Source: Ylistrum balloti (Eukaryota). Taken from it: a stretch of DNA of 64,000 nt. Below are positions 1-11,960 of the stretch, piece after piece. Numbering within the stretch: the stretch's first letter is position 1; the number at the start of each line of letters is the position of its first letter. A program made the position numbers and the translations under genes. The notes below the pieces were generated by a model. That model searched no databases. It saw nothing but the letters and a program-made list of their open reading frames with translations, and was not told the origin of the DNA. Where the stretch lies: positions 1,612,001-1,676,000 of the forward strand of contig NW_026782116.1 in NCBI RefSeq assembly GCF_031769215.1, given 5' to 3'.

Positions 1-198
1 TATTTGGTATATATATACATCAGATATGATTTGGTTCTTATTTTCTCAAATGATTTTTTTATTCTGACTTGTATTTGGCATTATTAATTTCACACTTTCT
101 AGATTTTTATGTGCAAGAAGTTCTACTTATGTCACATTTCACATTTTGCTGATTTTTTAACTGTATTAGGTACTTACACCAGGTTTTCTAGGTTTTTT

Positions 199-432
199 AC
201 CTGTATGAGGTACAGTTTATAACACATACCCTAGATTACTGTTGTGTATTGGTACCTGTATGAGGTACAGTTTATAACACATACTCTAGATTACTGTTGT
301 GTATTTGTACCTGTATGAGGTACAGTTTATAACACATACTCTAGATTACTGTTGTGTATTTGTACCTGTATGAGGTACAGTTTATAACACATACTCTAGA
401 TTACTGTTGTGTATATGTACCTGTATGAGGTA
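199..432. repeat. 55-bp tandem repeat (4 units plus a partial) overlapping the ATP13A1 exon 4 donor
   Basis: ACCTGTATGAGG recurs at 199, 254, 309, 364 and 419; the unit at 419 is the true exon end. Confidence 0.95.
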
Positions 433-3400
433 TGGTTTGTTTCCCATCTTCCTTATCTCTGTCATGTTGCGGAGCTGCTGTTGGACCAAGGTTGCCTCAA
501 ATGCAATGAGCATGAAGAGAGTGAACACACTGTAGTACCAGTACTCATCCAAACACCACAGTCCTACACAAAACACTTGGAACACAAAGAATGGTGCTGT
601 CGCTCGCTCCTTAAACAAATCCATGAACTGGGGAATGTCCATCTCCATTCTGAAAAACACCAAAAACAGGTTTAAGTCGGTAGTACCATAAGATATTCGA
701 TAACTCTCGGATGTCATAAGAATCTGAAATACACATTGGAATCAAGAATGGAAAGAAGTTGTTTTGCTATTTGCACTTAAAATGTTAGGTGTCTCATTTG
801 AAAAACCTTACTAAATGTGCATTAGCTTGCATCATATCATATAATTTCTATAATGTTCAAGCGTTTTCTTTTTACTAACTTCAACTATAAGCTGAGCACT
901 ACCATATAAACACATCCCCTATCCACCACCCCAGTTCTTTTGGTTACTATGGCAACCAAATGACAACTAGTGTTTTCAAATATAGTACCATTGGATTTGC
1001 CATTAAAAACTATTATATACAAATTTTCAGCTGAATTTGACAATGTCTCAATCTCTATCAATCAGAAGCCTTTATTATGTTTTCAAATATTATTGTTTTG
1101 GAAACATCTGTTGTGTAAATTTATTGGCTTTGATCAGCTTCACCATTTGACAAAATTTGTAAAAAAAAATTATCTTCGGGTTGATGAGCTATGAACCTTT
1201 GGACGAAAACCTGTGTAAAGTGACTAGGTTACCAAAGCAACCAAGACATTCACAAAAATTAATGGGATGAATGCACTTCTAAATATGGTCACGGTAAACA
1301 TTTGATCAGTTCGAATAGGTTGGTAGTTTGAGCACCTGATTTTTTTCAATATAACCGATAAATTTCTGTCAAGTGATAGTTCAAACCCTTTCTAGATTGT
1401 TTCACTCATATTTTGAATTGTTTGAAGATACTGACTTCATGTCTTACTAATGATAAAGACATTGGTGTCAGAATAATCATCTCATGTAGTCACTATTCAC
1501 ATTGACATTAAACACCTTGGGTAGCAGACTGTAAATGATCATTGTAAGCAAGTAATAGCAGATTATACACATACATGTCACTTATTTAGCATTGATGTGT
1601 AGTGTGATTTATTTCACATCTAGACATAACATTGTGCACATGCCAGCTGACACAACACAAGACCCCCACTCTGTATTATAAGCTAATCGCTTAGTAAATG
1701 TGCAGACCACGGGATGACAGCATGTGCTTTTTCAAAGCAAAACATTGTTTCACTTCTTTTTTTGATAAAATAATCATGTCAAGACTGTCCTAATAATTGA
1801 AAGATTCAGAAAGATTTTAACAAACATTAATCTGTAGTCATATTAATTCTCAATCCACATTCCATATATTGATATGTCAATACTGACTCTGCCAATACAG
1901 AAGCAGATTCTTCTCAGTATCCAAAGTTGAGAAGATCAAAATGAAACCTGTGATTTCTCAACATTCGCTTAACATGTATTACATGATAAAAGATAATAAT
2001 GTTATAATCAACCTCATGCCATTTCTGACCGGTAGCTTCCTGCCCTGCTAAGATGATTTTAGACACTTTGTTGTGATTTCGGGCAATGTCAACCCTGATA
2101 GTTTGAACTGTAATTTGTTTTCACAAGCATTATTTCGTATAATTTGAATAGGTTCAGCAACATTTCATATCAATTTTGTTTAAACTGACTGAAGGTTCCT
2201 ATGAAGTTTCATTGAAATTCTTTCCCATATTTTGGAAGAGTTGTCCAGACAAACTTTTTCAACAAACAGACAGACGAACAAGCTAATAAAATTAACAGAT
2301 TCCAGTAACCCAACCCCTAACCCCCACCCCCTCCACATACAAATAGATTTACCAAATACTTCCATGCTAATATACTAAATAAGACATATATCTCTGACTA
2401 AGTAAACTACGACTATCCCATAATGAAAGGTCATCATTTAAAGTACTGTTTCACATTATCCTTCTTTGGTTTTACCTGCCTTAACTACTTTCCATAACAT
2501 TCTGAAAGCAAAATGAATTCTGTATGCCTTACATGTTTCGGCCATAAATTTTCTCCACCTCCTTCACATTGGAATCTTCCTGGTAGCCCCGCCATTCAGA
2601 GTAATAGCCTACTGTTCTGTCAGTAGGAAACTTGACCTGGATAAACTGCTTCTTTTCCTCACGATCATAGACATAATGCATCTTTTGGAAGTAGAAAGAT
2701 AGGACATGTGGTGTAGCACTCTGAAAGGCAAGCAAATGACAAACATATACATACCTCTTTTAATCAATGACAGTGATTAATGACTTGGCAAACCATTAAT
2801 TCAGTAGATGAAAATAAAAAGATGGCATTATTTGAATGAAAGACAGGCAATGCAAACAAGATATCAAAACTAAACCAACACATTATATATGGTATCATTT
2901 TCCAAAGCTTTAGTTTTATGTGTCTTTGGAGCAAATAGAAATATTGGATGAAACACAGAATTTGGATTTAAGTTTTACTACAGATGCCACACACACTACA
3001 GCTTGCAAAATCTGAAGATGATATATCAACACAATATCATGACAATGCAGCTTAATGTGTAAATGAGGATTGTTAATTACTACTCAAATATGTACTCAAG
3101 ATACCAGGTGTATCTCCTAGGGTACTTTACTCAAGATCTTTTTAAAGCTAAATGAGGCTGTTTCAGTATGTTTATCCAAGCTAAAAGAAGTTGTTATATC
3201 TCAAATTATTTACATTCTTATCAAAATTCAGAAAAAAAATCAAATATTTTCAGAATTTCTGAAAAAAAAAGTATTGCCATATTTTCCCCAATCTTTACCA
3301 TTAAAGAAACTATCAAATTAAGGGGCAAAACACTGCTCTCTGCTTAAATCTTAATGCAAGTAATACCCGATCATGGTGGAGTTTGACAAGCTCTGTGGAC

Positions 3401-4152
3401 CCATTATTGGGAGTGGGAACAACTTTCAACCAGTCAGCACTGTCAGCATCCTTTGCCTGTTACAATGGAAAATTCAAATACATCATCAAAACAAAGAATA
3501 TTTACATACATCAGATTCAAGAGTGACTAGACTGATATAAAACACAACCTTGTGTATATGAAACATTCATTTGTATGCATATTCTCGGATATAAGCACTT
3601 TGGTATTGATATACTTTCGCTTCAGCATGATAAACTGCAACCGATACCAAAAATTGAAAAAAGACCAAATATTTTTTCATGGCGTTAGATCAAGGATTTT
3701 TCGACACTTCCAACATCATACAAGAAACATCGCAAATGCCGGACAATCTCGAACAGTGTTTCGGTGTTTGTGACCATATGTTGGTCTGTGCCGGATGTAC
3801 TGACCACCATTATTTCAAAGATAACATCAAGGAAAACAACTAAAATTTGGTGGCGTAATCGAATGCGACAATATTTCATGATGATAAATACCTTTGAACA
3901 CGTAAATACACATCGGACGTCCACCGACCAAAGACAAAACAGCGAAGACAAAATCTGTAGAAATCCGATGAAAGCAAGTGCTATCAATCCGGCTTCATAG
4001 TATTCTTCAAGGCCATACACGCATGTCCAGCAGTAGAACCATACACTATACAACAGGACGAATGGTCCTATATACCCATGGAGTATCAATGGTCGTATGT
4101 TATAGCACGTAACTGACTGGACTTCTTCGTTTAAAGGTGTCGACGAGGCCAT
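421..4152 (-). CDS. ATP13A1: P5A-type ATPase ATP13A1/Spf1, 5' part. Coding exons 4152-3892, 3456-3367, 2720-2533, 649-421; gene continues beyond position 1
   Basis: Spliced frame is continuous with GT-AG boundaries: [10 protein letters not shown]...CSK / [30 protein letters not shown] / [13 protein letters not shown]...YGRN / [86 protein letters not shown] and [29 protein letters not shown] are ATP13A1 signature strings. Confidence 0.95.
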
Positions 4153-4377
4153 GTTGCCTCCGCCGAAATAAAATCTGAGTTAGTGATGCGCTTTAGCGAG
4201 TGGACACGTGTCTGTAAACATTAAATTGACGTCGCTTTAAACAACAAAGTTAAGGAGATCTGTACCGTAGTTCTACCCTAACCTTCTTCCCTTAAACAGT
4301 AGTGTTGTTGCTGTGAGTTAGTGGGAAATTGATTAGAACAGACACAAACTCCAAATATCGTTTCAACATGTTACGCA

Positions 4378-4736
4378 TGTGATTAAATCCATGCATCATA
4401 ATATATTATGAGTATATATCAGTATTGGCAAATTTGTGTATTTTTCTTAATACACATTAAAACATGTCAAAAATCCTCACTCGTTGTGATAAAATAGCCC
4501 ATCAATGCTTCCTCGGATGCCAGTCTGCGTTTTGTTGTCTCCAGTCAAGTAAATAAAAATCGACCATCGGTAATAAGCCACACTTGCATTTTTTGGCCAC
4601 GGAAGTCAAAAATTGCTGGTGTTATATTGAAAAAAAACCACTGTGATTAAATCCATGCACCATAAAATATTATGAGTATTTATCAGTATTGGCAAATTTG
4701 TGTTTTATTTCTGAATACACGTTTTAACATGTCAAA
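4378..4736. repeat. Two ~94-bp direct repeats (4378-4471, 4642-4736) upstream of ATP13A1
   Basis: TGTGATTAAATCCATGCA...AGTATTGGCAAATTTGTG...AACATGTCAAA occurs twice, offset 264 bp, with several substitutions. Confidence 0.85.
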
Positions 4737-5402
4737 CGTGTTATATCTAAAAAAAAATATGATTTTAAAAATTAACAATTTTAATGACTCAATTCTGAAT
4801 TAAATTAACTAGAGAGATGCAGACCAAGAGATGAAATGATTAATTTGTATGAATAGTCAGTGTTATAAAAAAGAATTTTACCCAAAAGTATGGTTCATTT
4901 GAGAAAAGAAGGATCAAACAATTAAAAAAAACTTTAATCATACCCGTTAGAAAAGCTGCATACAATATAACCCAGGCGTCCCCGTGACTAAGCGATGACA
5001 TAAGATACACATGTCGTTCATTTCAAGTGTGCAAATTTGAGGTTATATCTTCGAGTATTTTTCAGAAAAAATACTGGTGCTTCACTGGTCAGATTTTAAA
5101 ATAAATCTGATAGTGTGAACACATGTTGACTGTAAGTTGTATTACAGCTAGTGAGATACTATTCTTGAGGAGCACGAGCCTAAAGCGCCAAGGAAATCTT
5201 CTTTTTCATTTCCCAAAACTTTTTTTGCCTCCTTTTATAACCGAGAAAGTAGATCACAGTAGACGGACATGAATGAAGGGTGTAATTTATTAAGAGTAGA
5301 GTACATTTCAAGGGAAGTAACTCGTATCTCCTAACTGACATAACAGGGAATAGTTACTATTATGGTTTTAATTTTTATCAAAGGTTTTCGTTATGCAAAC
5401 GG

Positions 5403-5420
5403 CACACACACGCACGCACG

Positions 5421-5491
<71 letters not shown>
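5403..5491. repeat. Compound microsatellite (CACG)n(CA)n(TA)n
   Basis: Directly visible. Confidence 0.95.
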
Positions 5492-6269
5492 CCCTTCATT
5501 GAACTGTTAAACTGTTATTACATATAATTTCATACCTTCTGATTCAGACAAAACTCAATTATCTGTGTAAATCAACTACCGTCTTGTTGTCTGATCCTAG
5601 TGACAAAACCCAACACCCAGAGTAAAATCATTTTCATAAAGGGTGTATATTTTTTCCATTTTCAAACATGAATAATGACCGAGTATAAACAGATGTATTG
5701 CATCGGTAATACCAATTATCTATCTGCAACTGATGACCAACCCAAGTATCAAAAACCTGGCAACAGTACTTGGATCCAGACTGAGAAGCTGAACTTGATA
5801 ACATCAAGTCTTTGCCACGTAAGTAACTGCAATACATAGTTAACAAAATTGCTTCCATGCTATCATATGTTCAACCGACTGGAAGACAGCACACGTAATT
5901 TTCTTATACAATAACTTCAGACAGTCTTACATCCGATGCAAAATATTCGACACATTATTGTCGGTGATACAATGTATATACGATGTATTAATGACTCAGT
6001 CAGGTAAAAAAAACATATCTGCAACATCTATGATAAGGCACATAACTATTTGGAAGCTTATACCAACAAACAGAAATGTTTCTAGCGTAGCGGAGCTGTT
6101 TACTCTATAGCATCCAGTAAATCCATCCGTACAGCGGAGATGGCCATGCTTAGACATCAGAAGAAGAGTTGCTTGCTCTACAATGTTATACAAAATCCGA
6201 AAATTCTGTTTTTCAAACAAGACTTTCCAAGTATTGCATTATTCTATTGATACTCCATAACCCACAACA

Positions 6270-6324
6270 GAAAAAAAAATAAATAAAAAAAATAAATAAA
6301 AAAAAAAATAAATAAATAAAAAAA
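6270..6324. repeat. A-rich (AAAT)n tract
   Basis: Directly visible. Confidence 0.85.
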
Positions 6325-7367
6325 GGGTACACTTTCCACCTATTTAGTTAATTTGAACAGTTTAAACTACGGAGTCATCCACACAACCTTCAAATGCACA
6401 TATTCCGTAACACAAATCCGTATACACAAAAATGGATTAACTTTATTTTTATCACCACTCTGATATACATATGTAAGATCTAGTTGTCTATATTCTTTTC
6501 AAGGTATCTTTCCTTCACATTACACACTCTCATTTCTTGTTTTAACATGGTCGTAACGACATTTTTATTGCGTACTCACCAGTATCAAAATGTTGTGCAT
6601 GACGAAAGAGAACACTTAATTAACAAAAGTAAAAGTATTGCAGACTTCCATGAAAACTCAGACTTGGTGTTTAGTTTTAATATTATCACTTCTGTTGTAT
6701 ATGAACCAATAACGACAACCTATTCATAACTTTAGGTTCTGTTACTAATACGGCAGAATACAAAAGGAAATTGCTCGCGAGTTGTAATCCATCGTTATTC
6801 AAATCATTTGATATACCTCATATATGCAAACGTTTCCCTCCCAGCTCTGATCGACCGTGAAGTCGATATCGACATTTGAATCACCTTCTTTCATACAACA
6901 ACTTCAGATGATTTTGTCTCATAAGCGACCTTCGACGTCCATCGACCGAAGGGATTATCGAGACACCACCTTGTTTTACACTACCGTTCTCGATCTTCAT
7001 TTATAACTTTATAGTTGTTATATTTTTGATGTATGTTATGTAATTTACAAAAAAATGTATGTAATGTTCGTGTCTTGATAAAGGGGCAGATTGCCTCAAT
7101 TAATTTGTCCACACTATCGTTAACACTTCATATATCTCTGTTGGAGGTGTGTGCAAAGGTGGTAGGAGAAAGACATGAATACTCACTGATAACCCATAAA
7201 ACCCTAAACCAACCACTTTAATAAAGAGTATGACAAGGAAAAGTGAATGTGTCAAGTGGTTCCCACGTAAGCAGAATGCCACAACAAGATTGTACAAAAG
7301 GAGCACAACTAAATAGCATTTTAAAATACAAATTTAGAGTATATAGTAGAGCCGAATGATCAATTAA

Positions 7368-8495
7368 ACTGCATCATACAACTGTTTCGTCCTTCTAGGA
7401 CTCGTCAGTGATGCTACATCATACAGCTGTTTCGTCCTTCTAGGACTCGTCAGTGATGCTACATCATACAGCTGTTTCGTCCTTCTAGGTCTCGTCAGTG
7501 ATGCTACATCATACAGCTGTTTCGTCCTTCTAGGACTCGTCAATGATGCTACATCATACAGCTGTTTCGTCCTTCTAGGACTCGTCAGTGATGCTACACA
7601 ATACAGCTGTTTTGTCCTTCTAGGACTCGTCACAGCTGCTACATTATACAGCTGTTTCGTCCTCCTAGGACTCGTCAGTGATGCTACATCATACAGCTGT
7701 TTCGTCATCATTGGACTCGTCAGTGATGCTACACAATACGGCAGTGATGTTTACAGCTGTTTCGTCTAATTGGACTTTCAGTGATGCTACACAATACAGT
7801 TGTTCCGTCCTTCTAGGACTCGTCAGTGATGCTACATCATACAGCTGTTTCGTCCTCATTGGACTCGTCAGTGATGCTACATCATACAGCTGTTTCGTCA
7901 TCTGGACTCGTCAGTGATGCTACATCATACAGCTGTTTCGTCACTCGTCAGTGATGCTACATCATACAGCTGTTTCGTCCTTCTAGGACTCGTCAGTGAT
8001 GCTACATCATACAGCTGTTTCGTCCTTCTAGGACTCGTCACTGATGCTACATCATACAGCTGTTTCGTCATACAGCTGTTCGTCAGTGATGCTACACCTC
8101 CTCCTAGGACTCGTCAGTGATGCTACATCATACAGCTGTTTCGTCATCATTGGACTCGTCAGTGATGCTACACAATACGGCTGTTTCGTCCTTCTAGGAC
8201 TCGTCAGTGATGCTACATCATACAGCTGTTTCGTCCTCATTGGACTCGTCAGTGATGCTACACAATACAGTTGTTTCGTCCTTCTAGGACTCGTCAGTGA
8301 TGCTACATCATACAGCTGTTTCGTCCTCATTGGACTCGTCAGTGATGCTACACAATACAGCTGTTTCGTCCTTCTAGGACTCGTCACTGATGCTACATCA
8401 TACAGCTGTTTCGTCATCATTGGACTCGTCAGTGATGCTACACAATACAGCTGTTTCGTCCTTCTAGGACTCGTCAGTGATGCTAGATCATACAG
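7368..8495. repeat. 45-bp minisatellite, about 25 units
   Basis: Unit TGTTTCGTCCTTCTAGGACTCGTCAGTGATGCTACATCATACAGC, with some internally deleted units near 7720-7950 and 8060-8110. It accounts for the repetitive ORFs in the track. Confidence 0.95.
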
Positions 8496-8868
8496 CTGGT
8501 TCAGGAGGTGCACTAGTCCCATAGTTAAAAAATAGTTATTTCCATGTAAGAGACAATTTGAAAACGACGTCTTGTCAAAATGATTTTATGAAGTGTGATA
8601 TGATAGCTGTGGCGGGACTTTAGGATAAAACAGACGAGATTAACCCTTCCAGGACAGCTAGTCTCTTGCTATTTGTTTTTACTCATTGTTAAATTATTGT
8701 AAAATGAATCGAGAAAGTCGGAATGACTGTAATTCTCGTTTAGCAACTTGGTATGCGAGCTACACTGTTAAATGGTGACATTTGAAAACTTGGTAACTAT
8801 GCGAGCTACACTGTTAAACGATGACATTTGACAATTTGAACTAATATCAATCGTTAGTGATTACATAT

Positions 8869-8874
8869 TTTATT
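8869..8874 (-). terminator. Candidate AATAAA polyadenylation signal of the cGLR gene
   Basis: TTTATT on the plus strand about 260 nt downstream of the cGLR stop codon. Confidence 0.4.
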
Positions 8875-9131
8875 CAATATTAAAAAGCATCACATCAGCT
8901 TGTGTCAATATACCAGTTAAATAAAGTCAGTCTCTGTCATCGGATTGACAGGTGCGTGCATGAGAATTTACGGCATTAACAATAACTAATTACAGAGGAA
9001 ACGTGATTCCAATTCTTCACAAGTGAATTTTGTCAATCATCATAGAAAACCTGATACAATCCACGATTGCAATATTGCACGTTCGTTTTATAATATGGAA
9101 TAATTCACGTTTGTATTTGGCAGTTGCTTTG

Positions 9132-11861
9132 CTAATGCAATTCATCGTTGGTACATAATTCATTAGTCGGCCTGATCTTTCTTGTGAGTGGTTCGAGTTT
9201 GTCCTCGTGAATGCTCCCACCTCTGTCCAGAATAGGCTGCAAATTAAAGTGCTTGAGCGACTTAGTAAGATCTGCACGTATTTGTTGTGTTTCACCCTCT
9301 GAACGCTCCTTAAACAAGTTCACATCCGGATAATCCGTGTGGAAATTGTACATAGGGAAATACTTCTCCAAACTTGGATTGTTGGCGAAGAATTGTGGGA
9401 GGTTTCTGTGTTCCAAAGAGGTGTCGATAATATGGACAAGGTGTTTGCATGCTGACGTCACGTTCGGCAAACGTACGTCATCGATCCATCTCAAATGTAA
9501 AATACCATGAAGGAGAGCATTTTTGATATGATAGGACGACAGCACGTGATGCAGTTGTGAGCTAGGATTCCTTTCGACGTCGTGTTCTCGAACGGCCTTA
9601 AGTATTCTGGCGCCTCTCACCAGACGCTGAGCGGTCAAATTGGTGGAAATCCATCTATCCAGAATACGCATTTCGAACTGAGAGTGGGACATACGCCAAG
9701 CCGTGTCTGGGTTAGGAATAGGCTCGACACGGTGATCATTTTGGGAACTCGGAACCCATCTTGAAACCATGAACTTTCTTAAGGTTGACCCATCTTTTCG
9801 AATGTTATATCCGGGCACCATGTCGATACTAATTCGATCGCCATTTACTGTAGCGTCTAGTTTGATGGCTGGTGCGGCCGCTTGGCGCTTGATGTTGAAG
9901 CTGGCAAATTCGGGGTTTTGATTCAACTTCTGTATAGCTGCGTCAATCCGTCCTTTGATCAACTGATCATGGAAAACTCTTGCATTAACATACTGCTTAC
10001 CGTCTCTTTCTACAAAAAGATTTTTCGGTTGAACGGTCATACGACTATTCACCTTATTGATCTCGATTTCACCCAGACCAGCGGGCAGGTTGTTGCTGGG
10101 CGATTCCTTAATGGTAGCGGTGGTTCCCAGGAAGGTGAAAGGGAGCACTACATCAAATTCATCTGCCGCTCCAACCTTTAGACCCTCTCTCGCACCTCCT
10201 TGCTTCACGAATGGTCGGAATCTCAGAAACTGGTGAGTTTTCTCGAGTGTCTTCAGTTCTTGGTACAGATTTTTCATTAGGCGACTGATTTCTACTTGAT
10301 TATTGTGAAAACTTGATTTCTCTATTTTAACGTATTTGTCGTGGAATGTCCTCAACGCTTTGTCTTCGGAACCAGACCATACCATGTCAGATCTAGCCGG
10401 AGGCTTCCAGTTGTTGGGCACACCAACATCGAAATAGATCTCTCCCGTGCTGTAAAAGAAATAACTTAACGCTGGAATAAGTCCATTAGATATCACATAT
10501 ACAAGTGCTACAATACATCATGTACACTAAAAATGAACTGCATACCTACATGCCCTAAGCTCTGCCGTTCGATCCCTCAAGAACTTTGTGATGGTTATAC
10601 AATAGTGTCTTTCACCTTGAAATGTTTCATAATACTCATAAAACACAAATGAATTTTTTGTTTTCGTAATTAATAAAATATTGTATGTATAAATTCTTAA
10701 GTAACGTTTGCGTTAAATTATCAACATTTGTTTTTGGCCATGGTTTTATTAGTTCTTATTCCAGTCTATAGAACCTCCTCACAAAAGGCCGACCTAGTTT
10801 TCATGAATAATTCATGAAAGATGATTGTTTTTGTGTTGAACGCATTGCTCGTGTTAGAAATGATTTCTTTAACTCGAACCTCGTTATCCGTCCCTTTATT
10901 CCATACGACATACCACTAGCTTTTAAAAGGACTGGACACGGTTCGCTAAGTACTACTGTTAATCTATAGAACAGATAATTGATATGCACTTCTGTAAACA
11001 GAGCTATTTGTTTTGTTTCTAAAACAAGAACAACAACAAAAAACAATAACGCTCGGCCTTTATCGCTCACATGACTTTGCACGGCTGTAATCGTTTCATC
11101 AAAACTAAAGGAAAAGAAATTCTAAATATCAAAGCACACAACACAACATATCTTTTTTTGCACTGGGACAACCTTTTTCCCGAGGGGGTTCGTCAGACCA
11201 TCCATGCTCCATTTGTTCTATCCTCCCTCCCTAGAGGGTAGACACCCGCCGATTTTATAAAATGATTCCCCTGCAAACAAGAATGCTTGGAAACAAATTT
11301 GAGCAAAATTCAATAATTCCTACAAGAGGTGTGGAGCCAAGGTCCACTGTTTACACAAAAGCCTTTTACTCCACCGTACAATGCTTTGGATTAAATTTTG
11401 GCAAAATTCAATAATTTCTACAGAAGGAATTTAAAGAATTGTGCTAAATATCCACCTTTTGGGGCTCGCACCTCACGCTCATGGGGTCCAAGACCTAATA
11501 TTTATAGAAACTTGGTTCCCCTCCTCCAATGTTCCTTCTCACCAAATTCCGTGCAGCCATTCATGACTAGAAGCGAGTTTAACAAGTTGACTGACGATGT
11601 ACGCCGCGCCATGGCGTAAGCTCACCAGTCCTTTGGACCAGATGAGATAAAAACGAAAGACATGAAGCCCAGGAGAAAAATATGGCTAATATTACCAACC
11701 AAACGACAAGTGTATAGCGTTGCATTAAAAAAATCTTCATTGAGAAAATATGTTTAAACCTCATATAACCCTATTAGAAATCCGTCATTACTTCCCGGTC
11801 AATATATAATGTCTGATTCTGTCCAAAATTACAATAATTAAGCTTAATCAACATACCACAT
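9132..11861 (-). CDS. cGAS-like receptor (cGLR; Mab-21/cGAS nucleotidyltransferase), about 440 aa. Exon 1 coding 11861-11857 (ATG TG), intron 11856-10450, exon 2 10449-9132
   Basis: Motifs: QGGAREGLKVGAADEFDVVL (G[G/S]-x11-EFD), third acidic residue in ISIDMVP, WRMSHSQFE, SSYHIKNALLH and LPQFF, all typical of cGAS/Mab-21 proteins. A strong acceptor TTTCTTTTACAG at 10450 lies inside the tracked ORF. The phase-2 donor ATGTG|GTATGT joins in frame (5+1318=1323 nt), giving MCTGEIYFDVG. Confidence 0.88.
11250..11655 (+). mobile_element. Non-autonomous Helentron/HINE-like interspersed repeat inside the cGLR intron; 5' boundary uncertain
   Basis: Ends in TACGCC...GGCGTA plus an imperfect hairpin AGCTCACCAGTCC-TTT-GGACCAGATGAGAT followed by an A-run, resembling bivalve HINE 3' termini (recalled, not searched). 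Confidence 0.55.
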
Positions 11862-11930
11862 GATTGTCTTCAGCTGCACTGCTGACGTGTCCCCAGCTGT
11901 ACGACAGACAGATCTACATGAGTCATTTAC

Positions 11931-11960
11931 ATATATAGCCTACAAATCGAAACCGAAACT
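11931..11960 (-). promoter_or_regulatory. cGLR promoter: ISRE AGTTTCGGTTTC (11960-11949), TATA-like TATATAT (11937-11931), nearby AP-1 heptamer TGAGTCA (11919-11925)
   Basis: Exact match to the IRF/ISRE consensus AGTTTCNNTTTC, 88 nt upstream of the proposed ATG. Confidence 0.7.

Noticed and set aside
5693-5818. 42-codon plus-strand frame ending in a GTAAGT donor
   Set aside because: Weak acceptor, no partner exon and no recognisable motif.
7364-8535. Repetitive ORFs (TKQLYDVASLTSPRR)n and their plus-strand counterparts
   Set aside because: By-product of a 45-bp unit divisible by 3; frames are open on both strands with no splice or domain support.
10450-10496. Tracked start MISNGLIPALSYFFY of the cGLR ORF
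   Set aside because: Non-ATG start overlapping a pyrimidine tract and AG acceptor, so it is intronic.
11071-11104. Possible 34-nt internal exon or alternative start (MKRLQPCKVI) for the cGLR
   Set aside because: It frameshifts the 11861 ATG frame; the 11857 donor is stronger and linked to the ISRE and TATA. It cannot be excluded as a minor isoform.
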